Of a stretch of 64,000 bases of DNA, positions 57,501-64,000 are shown piece after piece. Both the position numbers and the translations under genes were made by a program. Below the pieces are notes generated by a model. It ran no database searches. It was not told the origin of the DNA and saw only the letters and a program-made list of their open reading frames with translations. Numbering within the stretch: position 1 is the stretch's first letter; the number at the start of each line of letters is the position of its first letter. Origin of the DNA: Botryllus schlosseri (Eukaryota); NCBI GenBank assembly GCA_051294905.1, contig CM119372.1, positions 31,994,001 through 32,058,000 of the forward strand. Reading direction: 5' to 3'.

Positions 57501-60500
57501 ACTACGCAGCAGTTGCCTTCTAAACCTACGCCGACCCTATTTGCACTCAGCGCCCCCTTACTGCCCAATTTTATAGCCAGCGCCCCTCAATCGCCCATTT
57601 CACAACCAGCGCCCCCTTCACGCTCGCGAACGCCCTCAGGGGGGTGCTGGCTCCCACTTTGGGAACCACTGGTTTATAGAAACGTAGCATTAGTATATCT
57701 TGATTTACTGTCATATCAATAGAGCCAGTCCACTTATCCGTGATCGACCCTCGTGTTTTGGATTATGTGCAGAACCCATGGCGGATCAAGCATTCTCAGA
57801 ACACTCACACCAGCGAGATGCCCAACCGTATAGGTGTGCCCTTGTGAGCAATGTTCCCTAATGGTAAAGAAACACGCGTATACTTACTCATTTTCTTCCG
57901 TTCTCCCGTATAGTGCATCCACTATGTTGATCCTCTGACCGTACGGACACGAAATACCGAGAACTTTATTTTCGCAAGCTCTATGCACCATACCCCCTAA
58001 AAAAATTTTAGAACACATTCGTATGCACTTTCGGAGAATACAAAGCGGTTTTCCGTAGTTTACTGGCAAGGCGCGCACAAGGCGCATATTTCTTGTTAGA
58101 TATGATTTATGCGGCATGCTAGGCATCTATTGGCGTCAAGATATTTATTCTATATTATGCGCTATTAAATCCCGCACAAACTTACGAGCGCAGCGGCCAT
58201 TGAACCTGCTATATCCTCGCTTGCAAACGCATTCTCCATCATCGCAATCTTCGTTTTGTCCGCAGCCGCTGTCGCTACGACACCCATCGCCTGAAATATG
58301 ATATTTTCAGAAAACCGGACCTCGACGGTATAGCAAAACAGGATGTCGTGGACACAATGCTGAAAGATTTGTTCATCTAATACAGTGGTTCTTAACCTTT
58401 TTTCTTCCAGCGCCCCCTTTCAAAAATTATCGTGCTCCAGCGCCCCCCAACTTCATATTGTAAGGAATGTAATAAAGACAATGAGTAAGAGGGAGGGCCG
58501 TAACAGCACTTCGTTAACCCCCCTAAAAACGATTGCCTTGCGCACCCATAGCGTGATAAACCGAACTTCTGAGGACTTCGCCCCCAAGAACCCCATATCG
58601 TGATTTTGATGGACAGCAAAGTTTGTGTGGCCTGATCGCCCTAGGTACCAAAATTTTCCATAATGCATGAATGAATAGGTGGTAATTACATATATAAGTC
58701 GCTATAAACTTTTTATCCTCTCAGCCCACGTAATCATATTTACCAGTAGCACTGAGTGAGCTGTGGTATAGGAAAATAAAGGGCACGTAATTAATAATTA
58801 AACATATTCGGGCGTGCCCGCAGGTACAATTATTCGTTACCAGGGCCGTAACAGCACTTCGTCAGCCCCCCCCCCAAACAAAAAACGTTGGTCCTGGGCC
58901 CCTATCGGGTGATAAACCAAACTTCCGGGGGACTTCACTCCCAGAACCCAATAGGCTGACCGCTATTTGCTGATAGCCTATTAGGTATCTACATTGGGTG
59001 TCGATTTACTGAGGCAGGTATTCTCGCAAAAAATTTCACTAATTAATGATTGTATTGGTCAATATCATCGGGAATTGCGTGTAAATTGAGATCAATTTTT
59101 ATCCTCTCTCTGCTCACGTAAACACATTTACCGGTAGAGCTGAGTGAGGTGCAATGTTCCCGCTAAGCTGCGAACGTGCGCAGTGCTGACACGGTCTCTG
59201 CGCACAGGAAATCTACGTTGCGCACAACAAATCCGGAGTTATTACCTCTTTTTAGTCGTTACGTACTGTTGTCCAAGGGTCAGCGCAGTGAGTTGTTGAG
59301 TGTGCGCAGACTCATCAAAACTTAAAGCGAACATTGTGAGGTTTCTTGAAAACTGTAGGGCCCGTTACTAATAATTGAACATATTCGGGCGGGCGAAACC
59401 GTTGGTATGACTTCGTTGCATAATGTTATTTCGTGACCCCCTGTCTGCAGTAACAAAAAATATAGAATCGCTCAACGGGGATATCGCCTAACAGGAATAT
59501 CCCTGTCGCCCAATCGTACTAACCTAAACTAAAAGACGCACACGATTTCAAATTGGTATTTCTTCACTGACATTTAATTTTTCCCTGCCATATGGAATTC
59601 GTCTTTTGGGGTTCAGATTGCCAAGACAGGAACATTTGATGTCAGTCATTTAGGCGCCCACGGACAATTAAACCTATATGTATTTGAAGGCTATATGTAA
59701 CGAAGTTTTCGGTGTTAATTTGCTCTGAATACTCATTAAGGATATGTCCTATCAACACATCATCTACTGCGAAGCCATTTTTCTCCAGCGCCCCCCATAC
59801 CGCCCCCCTGAGCCCAGCGCCCCCCATATCGCCCCCTGAGCGTTTCCGCCCCCCTTCAAGATCGCCAGCGCCCCCTGGGGGGCGCTGTGGGCAAGGTAAA
59901 GAACCACTGATCTAATACTTTATTTGTCTATAACTACATGGATTGGCTGAGATTTAAATACAATCAAGAACAGATCTACTCTATATTATGAGTAATAACA
60001 TTCAACATCTACTTTCGAACACAGAGGCCGTTAGATCTGCTATATCCTGTCTCGCAAACGCATTCTCCATCATCGCAATCTTCGTTTTCTCAGCCGTCGC
60101 TGTTTCTACGGCACCAATACTCTAAAATGTGTTATCTTCAAATAATCTTGTCAATGTGGCTTAGCAAAGTGACTGGGATCTGAATCCAGTATTTATTCTA
60201 ATGAATATATTCTAGTAATGAGAGATGATTTTTATCGAGTAGCGAAATTGAACCGTTCTTGCAAGTGTGAATTTGTCAACTTAGTCATAGGTTCGATACT
60301 ATTTGCCACATTGGAAGACTATATCATCGACTAATCGTATCGCAGCATACGAAAAATGTCGTCCAAAGCTGGGACCATACTATAGTGCAGGGGCGGGCAA
60401 CTTCTCCAAGTCGGCGGGCCGGATATAGGAAAATTAAGTACTTGGCGGGCCGGATTGCTGAATCGATACATTATTCGCCCATTTATCCACGTATACCAGG

Positions 60501-62346
60501 AATAAATCGTATTTAATGAATGTATTTTAACGACAGCAATGGAACTTCAAAGCCATTTCACGCCAATAATGACGAAGACAATGTGGATTTGAGAACAGCA
60601 CTTTCATATAGCAGGGGTGGTCAATCTTTTTGCCAGTCACGGCCGCATTTCGACTACTCATGTAGCCTACGGTCGCATTCCAGGGAATAGTCGTAATGAA
60701 CTAGCAGGACGCCAAATACTCATGTTAGAGTGTCTATGTCCATTTCCGGCGAACTCCGTACTAATCCCTTAAATAATGTAGGCTGTTCATAGTCGCGCCA
60801 AGCGCGAAATTTTTTTCGGATTCATTCATGGATTTCGTCATTAAAATTTGTAGTTCTACATATTATTTCTCATCCCATGTGATCAGATTCACCGGTAGAG
60901 TTGGTGGAGGGTCGGTCAGGGCATGCCAATTATTATTAGTCACTTTGTTGCATGCTGTTCTTTGCATGTCTTGACCACCCGTCAGGATTGTCGATATAGT
61001 GAGGAGAACACGATTCCGAGTCGGTATTTCTATATGTGGCGCATCTGTTCGCAACTGTACTCTGGGGCTCTGATTGCAAAGTGCGCAACTATATTAAAAT
61101 CGAAAAATTAAGTCGCATTGAATCGCGCGCTGCGCGAAGAAACTTTCAAGAATAATAAAAATCTTTCAAGAAATCGGGAGTCAATTCGTAAATTCAAATT
61201 ATACGTTGACGGCCGACAACACCTACTAATTGAATTACGTGTCCACGGCCGCACAAATTTGCTTCTACGGCCGCAGGTTGGCCACCCCTGTCATACAGGT
61301 ACCACCATGTCTGCTTCTCTCTGATCAATCAACACACGGTGCAATCCTTCATTAAGATTTCAAGGCGTTCAATAAGCCCGGTACCCCAAATTTACCAAGA
61401 TATCAATGCATTAGGGTTAAGTAGGTGACGAGATAGCGTGGTTGTTAAACTGTGCGGCCTGTCTATCTCGATATTGAATTCATGCGGGCCGCGGCCTTGA
61501 AATTTGAAATTGGCATGCGACCCGTATTGAGTTGGCGACACCTGGCATAATCGGTGTCTTATAAAAGCCTAGAAGTGTGCACCGTGCTACAAGTCGGCGG
61601 TTACGGAATCAAAAATAAGAAATATCGGCCTGGTGTAAATGACCATTGTCGTCGACAAACGCCATTATTATCACAAATGACATTAGGGTTCAGTACATCG
61701 TAAATGCCGATAATGCAAGTCTTCTCGCTTCGACGAGCTTACGCGTAAGCTCCACCCTCGCTCGCTGGACATACATATGTATAAAAACATACAATCACTA
61801 AAATGTATGTGAGCAAGTAGTGGGGAATCTCGGAAGACTGGGGCCGGCGGCCCACATTATCATGTAAGACGAAAAACTGTCCGCGGGCCGGACAAAATCC
61901 CTTCGCGGGCCGTATGTTGTCCACCCCTGCTAGTGGAAACGACAAATATGTGAAGTCCTGATCATCACATAGCATTGCCACAAAGTGCAATGGATTAGCT
62001 GTATGGTCTTGAAAATACCCAATTATCATTAATTTGATGTAGAACTTTCGTTATATTCTTTGTGGTCGAATATTCCGAGATCTACTCATCAACGCTAGCT
62101 AGTCACGAACACAGACAATGCTTTGAGATGTTTTTATCTAGCATTCTGTAAGTCCATAATTGCATGGGTTGGCGGATCTTTCAGTCTGATCAGGAACATA
62201 CATATTCTCTTTGATGTATCAGAAAATTTAGCTCTACTTACGAACACAGAGGCCGTTAGATCTGCTGTATCCTCTCTCGCAAACGCACTCTCCGTCATCG
62301 CAATCTTCGTTTTCTCCACAGTCGCTGTCTCCGCGACACCCATCGA
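51535..62346 (-). CDS. EB/EGF-like repeat + SUEL (rhamnose/galactose-binding) lectin gene, 5' end not located (probably beyond window)
   Basis: Exons 62242-62346 and 58186-58290 (105-nt EB/EGF, phase 1-1), probable 58064-58091 (phase 1-2), 57888-57980 (ACENKVLGISCPYGQRINIVDALYGRT, phase 2-2), 51535-51712 (CPNSGPKTTNCRAS...[33 protein letters not shown] DY*). YGR, FGDPC and KYL are SUEL hallmarks. Minus-strand AATAAA near 51461-51466. Confidence 0.85.
52975..55028 (-). mobile_element. Deleted Ac-type hAT element with dimerisation-domain remnant and gactcgagtc palindromic subterminal arrays
   Basis: TIRs cagggttgtaa / ttacaaccctg; TSD ccccctgg; 54289-54516(-) SLHFWATRKNEYSMLFSVVQKCLSILASSALVERVFSRCG. 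Confidence 0.9.
55464..56800. mobile_element. hAT MITE (cgcggaccgg subterminal motifs)
   Basis: TIRs cagtggttctcaacc / ggttgagaaccattg; TSD ttctacac. Confidence 0.9.
58383..59909. mobile_element. hAT MITE with internal tandem duplication and a small nested MITE (~59152-59336)
   Basis: TIRs cagtggttctt / aagaaccactg; TSD atctaata; cagcgcccc repeats. Confidence 0.85.
60017..60121 (-). pseudogene. Dead duplicate of the EB/EGF exon
   Basis: Same 105-nt length, but with an in-frame TGA, loss of the second Cys, and the donor mutated from gtaagt to gaaagt. Confidence 0.8.
60388..61929. mobile_element. hAT MITE (41022 family, inverted) with nested insertions
   Basis: TIRs caggggcgggcaac / gttgtccacccctg; reverse-complement similarity to 41022-41965; TSD degenerate. 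Confidence 0.75.
60612..61290. mobile_element. hAT MITE nested in 60388-61929
   Basis: TIRs caggggtggtcaa / ttggccacccctg; TSD tcatatag / tcatacag. Confidence 0.8.
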
Positions 62347-63391
62347 CTGAAATATTATATTTTCAGAGAACACTCGTCAACGCTAGCATGCCAAGAAGTC
62401 GCAAACACAATGATGTGTAATTTGTTGATCTAATACAGTGGCTCTTGGCACCTTGGTATCAGCGTTTGGCCGTTTGGAAGGGGACGGAAACGCTTAGGGG
62501 GCGCTAGGGGGCGCTCGGACACCATGGGGCGATGAGAAAAAGTCGTGTAGCAGTAAAAGGTGTAGTAGTTCTAATATGGATATATACTATATAGTCCTAT
62601 ATATTCCTGAATTCTCGTTACAAATTTACTTTCGACAAAAAACGTCCAAATTTTTCGTCGAATTCGCACAAAATATACTGACTATGCATGCAGTATGTTT
62701 CCACGAATGTGTGATTGTCAAAATACGTGTAAAATGCGGGTTACGTGCTTCATGCGCGTACTTTCAGGTCACAAAGTCTGCAAGTCCACATGCACTTCCA
62801 TCACACTAGATAGGGGGTTTCTCGACAAAATGCTTCGAACTTGGTATTGTATCAAAATCTGGCAAAGGGGCACAATGCCACTTCTGAGAGTGAGAGCCCG
62901 TTATACAATGCATGCTTTGAAGCATTCTCGACAAAATGATAGACTAAACACAATACCAAACCTTCTATTTGAGAGCTACAAAATTAAATTGACTTTATCT
63001 TTCATCATCGTACCATAAAGAATGATTCTGTTTAGCGTTTCGGCCCACAAAACCTTACATGCACGCTATAAAATAAACGTTGCTTTGTTTGGAGTATATG
63101 CAATTATGCATGGCTAATTCTCGAACAATAGGTGCAGTAGGCTATTACCTCGATTTTACCGATGTAAATTCAGTGTGAGCATTGGTCAATACCACATTTT
63201 CAGTTGATTTCCTATTCACATAAGAAGCAATAAAACAAAACCCAATGCTGCAATACATCAATTGCAGAAGTGAAATCGTGGTGTGTGCAGGCGCTCGAAT
63301 CATTATGGTATGAGCCTGTATCCTACATTTGTTATAACAACTTTGATTTGATCCCGAAAATAATACGTTATATTATTAGATCGTTAATTAG

Positions 63392-63580
63392 CAGAGATGA
63401 GCATGGATTAGAATTAGGATTAGAAAAAAACGGATTTGTGAAATTTTGTCGGATTAGGATTAGATTCGGATTCAAGATTTTTTCTGAACGGATTAGGATT
63501 TGGATTGGATTTGCCGATTTTCTGGGAGATAGATATGTCGTGTGGCGAATGGCGACAAACTTTATTCAGATCAATTACAC
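63392..63580. mobile_element. Left portion of a cagagatgagc-family element (may continue past window)
   Basis: Similar to 14395-14580. Confidence 0.75.
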
Positions 63581-64000
63581 AGATCAACAAAATGAAAAAA
63601 AATTCTAGGCAGAACATCTGAGAGCCGTTTCTGGGGTGTTTGAGGTTGCTGATTCCGAATATCACGTTAGCTTTGTCAGATTGGCTCTTTGTGAGGAGAT
63701 ATGTATAATTGTATATACCCATAAAAAAGCCCAAAATTACTGTATTCACCCTTAAATATTTCACTTGGTAGGAAGAAAATTGTAGTTTTTTCTAATTTTA
63801 TACTGCGCATAAATGGATAATTGACTATGAAGAACCCTCATGTCGTTCTCAGTCATTCTATCAATATTAACATGACATGATGCGAAATATTTGTTTGTCA
63901 TAAAAGCAGTTTGTGAAGCCTAAAAATTGTACTTTTTCACAACGGAAATACATATTCTCCTCTATCAGTCGGCCATTTTCCCATGATTAATGAGGAGTAA

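Larger units (their letters stand above)
52936..57671. mobile_element. hAT MITE hosting two nested elements, inside the lectin-domain intron
   Basis: TIRs cagtgtttcccaaa / tttgggaaccactg; TSD gtttatag (52928-52935, 57672-57679). Confidence 0.85.

Noticed and set aside
62123..62373. 75/79-aa ORF-track entries with hydrophobic-looking translations
   Set aside because: Alternative frames over the EB/EGF exon, whose true frame is fixed by the 6-Cys pattern and splice sites.

Overview
AT-rich (visually about 40% GC) eukaryotic genomic DNA from an invertebrate. An ascidian-like animal is my inference from the gene families, 50-90 nt introns and MITE landscape. I reconstructed three spliced protein-coding genes by hand from GT/AG signals; the ORF track mostly misses them. 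(1) The 3' part of a ZNF536/ZNF219/ZNF217-family C2H2 zinc-finger gene (+, window start to 8618), with a distal terminal exon encoding a PLDL (CtBP-type) motif. (2) A ~30 kb micro-exon gene (+, 21077-51050) for a predicted secreted protein: signal peptide, about 28 short symmetric phase 1-1 exons including a 7-exon module repeated three times, two somatomedin-B exons, and a very divergent hyaluronidase (GH56)-like domain that appears to lack the catalytic D-x-E. (3) A convergent minus-strand gene (51535 to at least 62346) with duplicated EB/EGF-like exons, one carrying CRGDSDC, and a C-terminal SUEL rhamnose-binding lectin domain. The rest is dense in transposons: a near-intact two-ORF LINE with a GDFN>GNFN endonuclease change, a decayed Sola1 element, a piggyBac MITE, and many hAT MITEs with 8-bp TSDs, several of them nested. 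All family assignments come from recalled motifs; no searches were run.
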